The notes: generated by a model not told the origin, from the letters alone. Numbered from the stretch's first letter, positions 16,946 to 24,250 are shown. The stretch is DNA of 32,379 bases from an uncultured Bacteroidales bacterium (GCA_946405045.1 CAMJFV010000001.1:1-32379), one strand, 5' to 3'. Numbers and translations are program-made.

Positions 16946-17371
16946 TCAATCCTCCTCAATTGTTTGTATTGAATCATTCTTTGACGGTGTCCACCAGATA
17001 TTGTAAGAACGCAGAATCTCAATGCCAACTGAGAGTTTACGGTAGTCCCAATCAACTTGTGGCGATCTTACATTGCGGCCGACAAGTTCATGGATTCTGT
17101 CATATATTCCGTCGCAGATTTCCTTAATCTGTTCCGGGCTTTTTCCACGATAGAAATCGTGGAGTTTCTCATCTTCCTTAGCAAATTTCTTCATCCGCCA
17201 ATAGAAGTCCGTATCAATCAGCTCTGTTGTTGTTGTGTCATAGAGTTTAATATGCTCGAGAAGTGTATTGCGGTCGACGTCGTCATTCGTAACAAATGAC
17301 ACTTCCGTTCTAACAGGCTTATCGAGCATTCCTGTCGATGATTGATTGAAGCACCAGTTTTCAAGTTTCAT
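16946..17371 (-). CDS. hypothetical protein (141 aa)
   Basis: ATG is preceded by GGGAGGAAATCTACA. Confidence 0.7.
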   Translation of the reverse strand: MKLENWCFNQSSTGMLDKPVRTEVSFVTNDDVDRNTLLEHIKLYDTTTTELIDTDFYWRMKKFAKEDEKLHDFYRGKSPEQIKEICDGIYDRIHELVGRNVRSPQVDWDYRKLSVGIEILRSYNIWWTPSKNDSIQTIEED

Positions 17372-18002
17372 TGTAGATTTCCTCCCATAATGATTTTAAA
17401 CTTTGATAAAGTTCCTCAGAAGGTTTGACAGGTTCCCGAGGAACACTCAGCCGATATCCATGCAACGGATGATATGTTATTGTATCTCCGTCACGTTCAC
17501 ATTTGGCATGTGAACTGTCAATGTATTCCAGTCGTTCATTGACGCGTTCAATTACACGTTTGAATTCGTTGAGATATTGCTGATGAGTCATCGCGAGATA
17601 TACATCGTCAACGCTATTGCAGCCGTAAAGCGTTTTGAAGATATCCAGGATCCATGTATCGACCTCACGTGCTGCAGCATTTGACGTTTCGATCAATTGA
17701 TTCTCAAGTTCATGAGCAATCCCATAAACAATGTTACTTGCATCGAAAGCTTTCTTTGCTTCTTCAAAATCTTCTTTTGTGAACTTTGGAAGTTTTGAAC
17801 GTTCAAATGTATAGTCACCAATCTTGATGTCCGATAGCACGGTATCATCTTTCGGTTCTTCTGTTACCAGATCTTTTTCCAGTTCTTCCATTTTAAGCAA
17901 GACGGCCTTGAATCCAATGGAAGAATATGGTCTTGAATAACCCTCCATATCCGAAACAAAAAGTTTCAGATGTTTCCATGCGGATTCATAATCAATTTTC
18001 AT
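17361..18002 (-). CDS. hypothetical protein (213 aa)
   Basis: ATG is preceded by TGGAGGAACATTAA. Confidence 0.75.
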   Translation of the reverse strand: MKIDYESAWKHLKLFVSDMEGYSRPYSSIGFKAVLLKMEELEKDLVTEEPKDDTVLSDIKIGDYTFERSKLPKFTKEDFEEAKKAFDASNIVYGIAHELENQLIETSNAAAREVDTWILDIFKTLYGCNSVDDVYLAMTHQQYLNEFKRVIERVNERLEYIDSSHAKCERDGDTITYHPLHGYRLSVPREPVKPSEELYQSLKSLWEEIYNET

Positions 18003-18297
18003 TTAATGTTCCTCCAGTTCCTCTTGGTTTTGGTAATGCCATGATGAAATCCTGTGATACACCACACCACCATTCCAGATTACATCCATATGACATTTCC
18101 ATGTATTTTGAGCGTTCTTCGACACTCATCTTGGCCGCATGTAAAACATCCACCAAGCGTCCACATAATGTGATTTCACGTGGAAAACCATATGGGGCAA
18201 ATTTCATTTTGGCATGTGTCATTTTTATTTTCACACCAGGAATCAGCTCCTCTTCTGTCACATTTGCATACGCTTCGTCAATTGCTTTCTGATCCAT
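17992..18297 (-). CDS. hypothetical protein (101 aa)
   Basis: ATG at 18297 is preceded by AAAAGGAGGGACTGAAA. It is the first gene after the 18367-18393 terminator and the 18342-18352 motif. Confidence 0.7.
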   Translation of the reverse strand: MDQKAIDEAYANVTEEELIPGVKIKMTHAKMKFAPYGFPREITLCGRLVDVLHAAKMSVEERSKYMEMSYGCNLEWWCGVSQDFIMALPKPRGTGGTLNEN

Positions 18298-18341
18298 TTT
18301 CAGTCCCTCCTTTTAACACAACACTGTGTGTTTTATCATGA

Positions 18342-18352
18342 TAATGATATAT
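18342..18352 (-). promoter_or_regulatory. conserved intergenic motif ATATATCATTA (gene sense), copy 1; candidate promoter element
   Basis: Exact 11-mer, 14 nt downstream of the terminator U-tract and about 45 nt upstream of the ATG at 18297. It contains a TATCAT -10-like hexamer. Confidence 0.4.
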
Positions 18353-18366
18353 TCATGAAGAAAAAA

Positions 18367-18393
18367 GAATCGCGGGGTAATCCCCCGCGATTC
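18367..18393 (-). terminator. intrinsic terminator
   Basis: 11-bp stem gaatcgcgggg/ccccgcgattc with a 5-nt loop, 5 nt after the stop at 18399. In gene sense it is followed by TTTTTT (18361-18366). Confidence 0.85.
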
Positions 18394-18398
18394 CCATA

Positions 18399-18827
18399 TT
18401 ATAAATGCCAACTGTCACCTGGCATGCCGAGATACTCTTTCTCGATGGCATGTGCGATCTCGAGAGCTTGGTCATCGGTGACATTATCAAACACTTTTCG
18501 AATATGATTCCAGCGGTCTTCAAAATATTTCTGACAGATCTCATCGGTGGACTCCGGCATGAATGATGCATTAACCGTAACCCTGATACAGTATTCAATG
18601 CGTGACAGCTGTAAATCAATCAGAAATTTCATTTCAGCATCAGTCACGAGATTATCCTGTTCATGAAGATCTCTACGAGCATCCTCACTGGTAGCACCCC
18701 ATATTTCAGGAGGATTCTTGGGTCCTAAAACGAATACCTCATGTGCCTTCTTGGGGATATCCAGTTGACGATCAATCATGATACTCCATTCGCGGGAGAA
18801 GGGTCGTCTGTATTCTTTAACGAACAT
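18399..18827 (-). CDS. hypothetical protein (142 aa)
   Basis: ATG at 18827 is 7 nt after AAAGGAGA, giving a 52-nt overlap with the upstream gene. An alternative ATGA-coupled start exists at 18779. Confidence 0.65.
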   Translation of the reverse strand: MFVKEYRRPFSREWSIMIDRQLDIPKKAHEVFVLGPKNPPEIWGATSEDARRDLHEQDNLVTDAEMKFLIDLQLSRIEYCIRVTVNASFMPESTDEICQKYFEDRWNHIRKVFDNVTDDQALEIAHAIEKEYLGMPGDSWHL

Positions 18828-19060
18828 TCAGGAATCTCCTTTCCATCACGACTAACGATGACACCATCACCAGTGATCTTGAATGCAGTATCATTGTCAA
18901 GACCCATATATTTCATATATTTGCACAATCCGTTCCAGCGTTCGGAATCATGGTGTAAAACAAACAATGCGTTACCACCCAATCCTATTGCAAGCTGCAC
19001 AAGAATCTTGAGTTTCGCAACTTCAGCTTCAAGTTGTTCAATCCGTTCCTTCTGTGTCAT
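18776..19060 (-). CDS. hypothetical protein, N-terminal coiled coil (94 aa)
   Basis: ATG is preceded by GAGGAGGATCACAATC. N-terminus is KERIEQLEAEVAKLK. Confidence 0.65.
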   Translation of the reverse strand: MTQKERIEQLEAEVAKLKILVQLAIGLGGNALFVLHHDSERWNGLCKYMKYMGLDNDTAFKITGDGVIVSRDGKEIPECSLKNTDDPSPANGVS

Positions 19061-19565
19061 GATTGTGATCCTCCTCGTCTTTTATAATTTTTAAACCGCC
19101 ATCAGGCGATAGCTCGAATGGTATGAATTCAATACCATGACCTTTGGCCCACTCCCAGAGTCCATGAAACATCTTTTCTGCAGATTCTCTAGTAAGATCA
19201 CGGTGTCCGTAATATTGTGACAATAATGGAATCGGTAGACCCACTAGAGAGAACATAATGCTGACAACTTCCTTCAGTTGCTCAAGCTCTTCACGAAGGG
19301 CAACGTTCTCTTGCTCGAGAGCAATCAGCCGTTCAGCAAATTCTGTCAATGGAAGTCCCGGTCGAGTAATCGGGACTTTGATACCAGACTCTTTTTGTGT
19401 TGTGATGTTTTCTTTCCAGTAATTGGGATCGTTTGGATCATCACAAATTTTCTGTATTGAAACTGAAACTGGTGTTGATGATGAGTTTGGAAACGGGGTA
19501 TCCCGTTTGGTGGTATTGTTGAAATCGCAACCACCACTCAGACGGAATCCATCAATCTCAATCAT
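19038..19565 (-). CDS. hypothetical protein (175 aa)
   Basis: ATG is preceded by TAGGAGGGATACTGT. Central coiled-coil stretch LIALEQENVALREELEQLKE. Confidence 0.7.
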   Translation of the reverse strand: MIEIDGFRLSGGCDFNNTTKRDTPFPNSSSTPVSVSIQKICDDPNDPNYWKENITTQKESGIKVPITRPGLPLTEFAERLIALEQENVALREELEQLKEVVSIMFSLVGLPIPLLSQYYGHRDLTRESAEKMFHGLWEWAKGHGIEFIPFELSPDGGLKIIKDEEDHNHDTEGTD

Positions 19566-19594
19566 ACAGTATCCCTCCTAAAAATGTTTGTATG

Positions 19595-19620
19595 GAATGG
19601 TGGGCCAAAGCCCACCATTC
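19595..19620 (-). terminator. GC-rich hairpin after the NADAR gene (terminator or RNA-stabilising stem)
   Basis: 11-bp stem gaatggtgggc/gcccaccattc with a 4-nt loop, 8 nt after the stop. The U-tract in gene sense is poor (CATACAAACATTTTT). Confidence 0.55.
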
Positions 19621-19628
19621 ATATTTTA

Positions 19629-20357
19629 TTATTTTGATTTCCGATTCACCAAAGACTCAAAGTCAATTGTGAGGGAGTGGGTGTCCATCATCATCTTGAT
19701 TGCCTTCATTTTGATATACAGATAATCCTGGAACGGACGACGATCAACAATATATGTGATGGATGGAGAGACCGACATGTTTGATTTTTTGTAATATCGG
19801 GTTCCTCCATCATCCTCGTCTTCATATGTAGGAGGATCCCATATCGGTAAAGCTCTGTCAACGAGAATTTTTCTGACTTGCATTAAAATCTGTCCAAGAC
19901 GGTTATCACCTGTAAGCATGACTGTCTCGCTGTCGTTGACCGGGACTTTCGTTGGAATAGCGCCCCAGTACTTGTCACCCCATGTATTTCCTTCGACCAG
20001 TCGCATTCCAGATGTCTCGATCAGCTGTCGTGTCAGAAGACTGTTCTGAGAGAACTTCTGATACACAACATACCACATGACGTCGAATTTGATTTCTTCC
20101 CAGTCTGAACGAAGCTTGACCTTACGACCCGCAGCCTTTGCTTCTTTCGGTCCCATCTTAGCAAACTTTGCACGGATCTTTGGATCTGTGGTCTTGTAGG
20201 ACTGGAACATCGCTTCAGCGGATGTGAACTCGTTTCCTTCATAATCCCGAATTTTACACTGGTGAAAATTCGAAAGGAAAGCGTATTCATCTCTGAAGCG
20301 ATTTACGCATCCCCGTGAGTTGCTTAACAGCTCCTCAATCTTCTTGGTGTCATCCAT
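19629..20357 (-). CDS. NADAR (YbiA/DUF1768-like) domain protein with an extra C-terminal region of about 80 aa (242 aa)
   Basis: ATG at 20357 is 7 nt after AAGGAGGAA. The blocks FLSNF, TSAEAMFQSYK, PKEAKAAGRKVKLRSDWEEIK, QKFSQN..L...L..T, LVEGNTWGDKYWG follow the YbiA/NADAR pattern as I recall it. Double stop TAATAA. Confidence 0.85.
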   Translation of the reverse strand: MDDTKKIEELLSNSRGCVNRFRDEYAFLSNFHQCKIRDYEGNEFTSAEAMFQSYKTTDPKIRAKFAKMGPKEAKAAGRKVKLRSDWEEIKFDVMWYVVYQKFSQNSLLTRQLIETSGMRLVEGNTWGDKYWGAIPTKVPVNDSETVMLTGDNRLGQILMQVRKILVDRALPIWDPPTYEDEDDGGTRYYKKSNMSVSPSITYIVDRRPFQDYLYIKMKAIKMMMDTHSLTIDFESLVNRKSK

Positions 20358-20370
20358 GACAAATTCCTCC

Positions 20371-20598
20371 TTAAGATTTATTAGCAATCAAACGTATGAG
20401 TTCGATTATTGCCCATGATACAATGATAACAATCAACGCGATTGTTCCGATGATTAGAATCCATTTCAGGATCTTATCACGCTTCACGTTCTTTATACGT
20501 TCTTCTTCAACTTCATGTTCAAGCTTTTCACGTATTTCACGTTTCTTGTCGTCTTCAGGTTCTTTTTCCCAGGGTGGGATGTAACGATTTTCATTCAT
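20371..20598 (-). CDS. small tail-anchored membrane protein (75 aa)
   Basis: ATG at 20598 is preceded by AAGAGGATAAGAAAA and overlaps the upstream stop. The N-terminal half is charged. C-terminal helix ILKWILIIGTIALIVIIVSWAII. Confidence 0.55.
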   Translation of the reverse strand: MNENRYIPPWEKEPEDDKKREIREKLEHEVEEERIKNVKRDKILKWILIIGTIALIVIIVSWAIIELIRLIANKS

Positions 20599-21655
20599 TT
20601 TTCTTATCCTCTTTATTGATTTGCGATTCATATTCAGCCAGCTGATCATGTGTGTCCATACCATATTTGTCTTTGATATATGAATCTAATAGAGAAACCG
20701 GAGCGACTGCTTCAACCTGTGTATCCATGACATCGTCAACGGTTAACTGTAAATCATCTTCATCAACAGTTTCGGTTAATTTGAATGTCATATTCGGATC
20801 AGATCGATTGGTATTGATAATACCACGATATGTCTCCATATCTTTTGAAGCAGCTTCGATGATGAACCGACGAGGATGGTCACATTCCTGTGATGTGATA
20901 ACCCGTAATTCTTCCGGATCATGAACCTCAACAGTTTCGTATTCAAGTGCAATTGGATTCGGCTTTGTGAAGACTTTGAAGTTATCGTCACAGAAAAAGA
21001 ACACCCGTGGCTCGTCCTCGCCGTATTTCCAACGCAACCATGGTCCAGTGTAGTATACACCATTTCCGAAATCTGTATATCCATGATAATGACCGAACAC
21101 ACATAATTTCGAAATACTACCGAGCTGCTCCACAGAATGTATGATCTCATAATTAGCTGCTTTACACGGATTCTTGGTTTGTGATGCCATCGGTCCATGT
21201 CCAACAATCAGATCATATTTCTTGTTGAGTAACTCGTCATAGTTATTTGTGTATTCCTGTGGGAGGAACAATGCTTTGATACCGCTTCCGATGATTGTTC
21301 CTTCACAAGCTTTGTTGATCAACCACACTTTTGCATTCGGAAGTTTGTCTAATGCCTGTGTGAAGATCTCATACTGAGACTGATCATGCGAATCTGTACC
21401 ATGAATGAAATACACCGGGACATGTTCAAAACCATTCTTTCCACAGAAATTGCACACAAGATTCACCATAAAGAACATTGCGAATTTAGCATCTTCCACA
21501 GAAAGTCTACCATCAAACAAATCTCCACATACAAAAATTGCATGACACGGTTCTTTGCACTCTTTGATGGTTTCAAGAAACATGTGTAAAGAATCCATGA
21601 ATTGTGATTTGGGTAATTTTACACCTATATGAATATCCGCCATGAATGCATACAT
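20591..21655 (-). CDS. Mre11/SbcD-like calcineurin-fold nuclease (354 aa)
   Basis: Ordered metallophosphoesterase motifs: ADIHIG (DxH), VCGDLFDG (GDxxD), IHGTDSHD (GNHD-like), VGHGP, FGHYHG. Confidence 0.75.
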   Translation of the reverse strand: MYAFMADIHIGVKLPKSQFMDSLHMFLETIKECKEPCHAIFVCGDLFDGRLSVEDAKFAMFFMVNLVCNFCGKNGFEHVPVYFIHGTDSHDQSQYEIFTQALDKLPNAKVWLINKACEGTIIGSGIKALFLPQEYTNNYDELLNKKYDLIVGHGPMASQTKNPCKAANYEIIHSVEQLGSISKLCVFGHYHGYTDFGNGVYYTGPWLRWKYGEDEPRVFFFCDDNFKVFTKPNPIALEYETVEVHDPEELRVITSQECDHPRRFIIEAASKDMETYRGIINTNRSDPNMTFKLTETVDEDDLQLTVDDVMDTQVEAVAPVSLLDSYIKDKYGMDTHDQLAEYESQINKEDKKNE

Positions 21656-21661
21656 GAATCA

Positions 21662-22066
21662 TTACCCCCAATAATATTCAGCACTTGCGGATAGATCTCC
21701 TTTGTATGAATCCGCAAGTTTTTGTCTCGGAGGTTCATGCTGTTCATTCATACCATCTTCATACATTCTGCGAATTTTATACTGAACACAAACTTCATGT
21801 TCAACTCTGCATCCTGCCGATTTATCCCAACCTCTGGCAAAAACAACCAGATTCGCATCATACATCTTTGTGATAGAATCACCCAACATCGCAATGCGCC
21901 CGCGGCCAACAATATCTTCTGATTTCGTGAATGAATCGATAAATTCCAATGTATCATCACGAAACCAATGTTTTGTCATTTCGATGAGCTGTTCCCGACG
22001 CTTCAGAATCTCTTTATCTGTCAGACCAGCCATCGGTTGAGAAATAAATACTTTTAGTTTCATCAT
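21662..22066 (-). CDS. DUF4406 / nucleoside 2-deoxyribosyltransferase-like protein (134 aa)
   Basis: N-terminal KVFISQPMAGLTDKE and C-terminal ANLVVFARGWDKSAGCRVEHEV match the DUF4406 pattern (YI.GPM.G ... GW..S.G...E) as I recall it. Confidence 0.65.
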   Translation of the reverse strand: MMKLKVFISQPMAGLTDKEILKRREQLIEMTKHWFRDDTLEFIDSFTKSEDIVGRGRIAMLGDSITKMYDANLVVFARGWDKSAGCRVEHEVCVQYKIRRMYEDGMNEQHEPPRQKLADSYKGDLSASAEYYWG

Positions 22067-22419
22067 ATCATCCCTTCATATACGCCATTGTAGTGTAAAA
22101 ACCACAATGCGTTCTTTTGTGTTCTATTGGCTTTTCCGGTGTAACCTTCCGACCACACAGATATACATCCAGTCTTATCACATAACCATTCCACTGGATC
22201 CATTCCGCACTTATCATGGGAATATTCTTCGAAGATTTCATCCATTGATTTTCCGTAAATCGAAGCAAGCTTCATCATATGTGATGGGACTGCATACTCA
22301 ACAGTTCCGTCAGATCTGATAATCACTTCGAGATAGTTAACAAATGAATTCTTGTGTACACGAACATCAAATCGTGAATTCAAAATCTTCTGCTGTTCTT
22401 CCATTGTCGGTAATTCCAT
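22063..22419 (-). CDS. hypothetical protein (118 aa)
   Basis: ATG is preceded by GAGGTGATATT. It is the first gene after the 22440-22463 hairpin. Confidence 0.7.
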   Translation of the reverse strand: MELPTMEEQQKILNSRFDVRVHKNSFVNYLEVIIRSDGTVEYAVPSHMMKLASIYGKSMDEIFEEYSHDKCGMDPVEWLCDKTGCISVWSEGYTGKANRTQKNALWFLHYNGVYEGMI

Positions 22420-22439
22420 AATATCACCTCAAAACATTG

Positions 22440-22463
22440 TATAGCGGGGTTTCCCCCGCTATA
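22440..22463 (-). terminator. hairpin terminator after the spoIIID-like gene
   Basis: 10-bp stem tatagcgggg/ccccgctata with a 4-nt loop, 4 nt after the stop. In gene sense it is followed by CAATGTTTTG. Confidence 0.65.
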
Positions 22464-22467
22464 CTAT

Positions 22468-22746
22468 TTATTTCGACTCTTCATACTTTTTCTTGGTAGC
22501 AAGACCACCACGAATATGTTTCACTGACCAGTTATAGTCAAGCTGTTTCAACAGCTTCTTGTACTTACGTTTTCCACCACCTTTTACAAATGGAAAATAT
22601 TCGTGGATGAAAACATGTAAGGTTGATTTTGACAGTCCATATACATGTGCTGCATGACGAATCGTGCATTTTGTCTGAATGATAAATTCACATGCATTGA
22701 TGAAACTATCCATGTATTTGTTGATAACGCTGTACCGAGAGCTCAT
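22468..22746 (-). CDS. spoIIID: SpoIIID-like helix-turn-helix transcriptional regulator (92 aa)
   Basis: ATG is preceded by TAAGGAGTGATACAGA. FIIQTKCTIRHAAHVYGLSKSTLHVFIHEYFP and LDYNWSVKHIRGGLATKKKYEE parallel B. subtilis SpoIIID (YIVETKKTVRVIAKEFGVSKSTVHKDL... and LDYHKSIRHLRGGEATKLKYKK, from memory). The length is also the same, about 92 aa. Confidence 0.85.
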   Translation of the reverse strand: MSSRYSVINKYMDSFINACEFIIQTKCTIRHAAHVYGLSKSTLHVFIHEYFPFVKGGGKRKYKKLLKQLDYNWSVKHIRGGLATKKKYEESK

Positions 22747-22759
22747 TCTGTATCACTCC

Positions 22760-23446
22760 TTAGTCTGGATATGGATCTACATAACACTCTTGTTCGAATT
22801 TATCCGGACACACCTTGACGGTTTTTGAATATGCTGGCTGTGCTTTGATTACCATATTGAGATCGATTGGGGTCTTGCGTCCACCCACAGCAGCGACGTC
22901 GATCTGGTTCGTATAAGGGCACCAGTATGTTTTATATCCATGAATGTGTCCGTGAATATTCAAACGGTTATTGTTTTCTTGTGGCATGTGTGAGAATAAA
23001 ATATTATCGTATACGAATTTCGGAGTGATATACTTGAATCCGATTGAAGTATAGTATTCATCCGGATACAAGTCATTGTTGCCACGTACCAGAATCTTTG
23101 TTCCTTTCAATTGACCGATCACATCTGCGAGTTCTTTCTTACGTTCAACCTCTCCATCTGTCAAATCACCAAGATTGATAACCAGATCATCATCAGTTAC
23201 AATATCATTATATCTGTTGATGATTTGCTGGTAATCGGAACGCTGTTTCTTCTGTTTTGTTTTCTTGTCATACATCCAAAGATGCCAGTCTGTACACAAG
23301 TAAACCTTGTGACCTTTGTTCAGTGTTGAACGAATTAGTGCGGCAATCGGTGAAGATTCTTTTGTCTTTGACTCTTTAATCTCCTTACCAATTTCCTCTT
23401 CATGACGCCTGGAATACTCCATCATCACCTTGTCAAATTTGCTCAT
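22760..23446 (-). CDS. calcineurin-like metallophosphoesterase (228 aa)
   Basis: Motifs LCTDWH (DxH), NLGDLTDG (GDxxD), VRGNND (GNHD-like), HGHIHG. ATG is 7 nt after AAAGGAGAA. Confidence 0.8.
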   Translation of the reverse strand: MSKFDKVMMEYSRRHEEEIGKEIKESKTKESSPIAALIRSTLNKGHKVYLCTDWHLWMYDKKTKQKKQRSDYQQIINRYNDIVTDDDLVINLGDLTDGEVERKKELADVIGQLKGTKILVRGNNDLYPDEYYTSIGFKYITPKFVYDNILFSHMPQENNNRLNIHGHIHGYKTYWCPYTNQIDVAAVGGRKTPIDLNMVIKAQPAYSKTVKVCPDKFEQECYVDPYPD

Positions 23447-23460
23447 GCATATGTTCTCCT

Positions 23461-23503
23461 TTCCGAGATTAGTTATGAAATCGTTTTTCCACTAATCTCG
23501 GAA
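23461..23503 (-). promoter_or_regulatory. 13-bp perfect inverted repeat (5' UTR stem-loop or operator) abutting the RBS of the phosphoesterase gene
   Basis: ttccgagattagt (23461-23473) and actaatctcggaa (23491-23503) are separated by 17 nt. In gene sense the 3' arm ends in ...CTCGGAA and runs straight into AGGAGAA (RBS) and the ATG at 23446. Confidence 0.55.
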
Positions 23504-23514
23504 TAATGATATAT
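23504..23514 (-). promoter_or_regulatory. conserved intergenic motif ATATATCATTA, copy 2; candidate promoter element
   Basis: Exact 11-mer, 15 nt downstream of the terminator U-tract. It directly abuts the 13-bp inverted repeat and lies about 57 nt upstream of the ATG at 23446. Confidence 0.4.
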
Positions 23515-23529
23515 CGGTGTAAGAAAAAA

Positions 23530-23551
23530 CATGGGGGCATATGCCCCCATG
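23530..23551 (-). terminator. intrinsic terminator
   Basis: Perfect palindrome catgggggcatatgcccccatg (9-bp stem, 4-nt loop), 3 nt after the stop at 23555. In gene sense it is followed by TTTTTTCTT. Confidence 0.85.
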
Positions 23552-23554
23552 TAA

Positions 23555-24250
23555 TTATTTCCGTTCTTTCAATTCACTGATCCAGTCACGCCGATGCTGA
23601 AGTGTCCGGCGTACTTTTCTCCGCTCCGAAGGATCTTTGATTTGTTGCATGTGGCGATCTGCTGCAGCATCAAATAACCTGATATCAACTCCGCGAAGAG
23701 AAACCGTATTCATGATCGCAATCCGTTTATTAAACGGAACTCCGATCGCAACCAGCCAACGTTCAAAATTGTTCGGAAGGTCAGGTATAAACACATTACC
23801 CGCTGCGAGCCATGCAATCAGGAACATGTGATTCGGTATATCATCAATCTTTGTATTGGAATCATCCTCATTATTAGCAACAGGATGAGACGCAGCAACC
23901 TCAATCCACCCACCATTTTGTGCAATATAACCTTTTTCTTCGAGAGATGTCTCGGTCAGAAAATATCCGAGTATTTGTGTATGACCTCTGTCGCAGAGGA
24001 ATGTTGTTTGTGGATTAAAATCCGGATCAGTGTTTGCAATATATACACGACCACCGGCTGCATCACAAGCTTTCCACATTTCGTACACATACGATCTATC
24101 TTTTTCAACTTTTTCGAGAAAATCTGCATACAGCTGATCTCTCTCGGAAGGATTGAAAAGATAACCGTCAATTGTTGTAAAATCTCCTGTAAACGCGTTA
24201 TTGATTTTGACAGGAATTTTGATAACAATCCGGGTTCCTTTAGTTAGCAT
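23555..24250 (-). CDS. hypothetical protein (231 aa)
   Basis: ATG at 24250 is preceded by GAAAGGAGTAATTCTA. The gene is bracketed by hairpins at 24272-24291 and 23530-23551. Confidence 0.7.
   Translation of the reverse strand: MLTKGTRIVIKIPVKINNAFTGDFTTIDGYLFNPSERDQLYADFLEKVEKDRSYVYEMWKACDAAGGRVYIANTDPDFNPQTTFLCDRGHTQILGYFLTETSLEEKGYIAQNGGWIEVAASHPVANNEDDSNTKIDDIPNHMFLIAWLAAGNVFIPDLPNNFERWLVAIGVPFNKRIAIMNTVSLRGVDIRLFDAAADRHMQQIKDPSERRKVRRTLQHRRDWISELKERK

Noticed and set aside
18315-18332. A small dyad aacaca-N6-tgtgtt in the 5' UTR of the gene at 17992-18297.
   Set aside because: The stem is only 6 bp and AT/GT-rich, with low predicted stability. It could easily arise by chance in a CA/TG-rich stretch.
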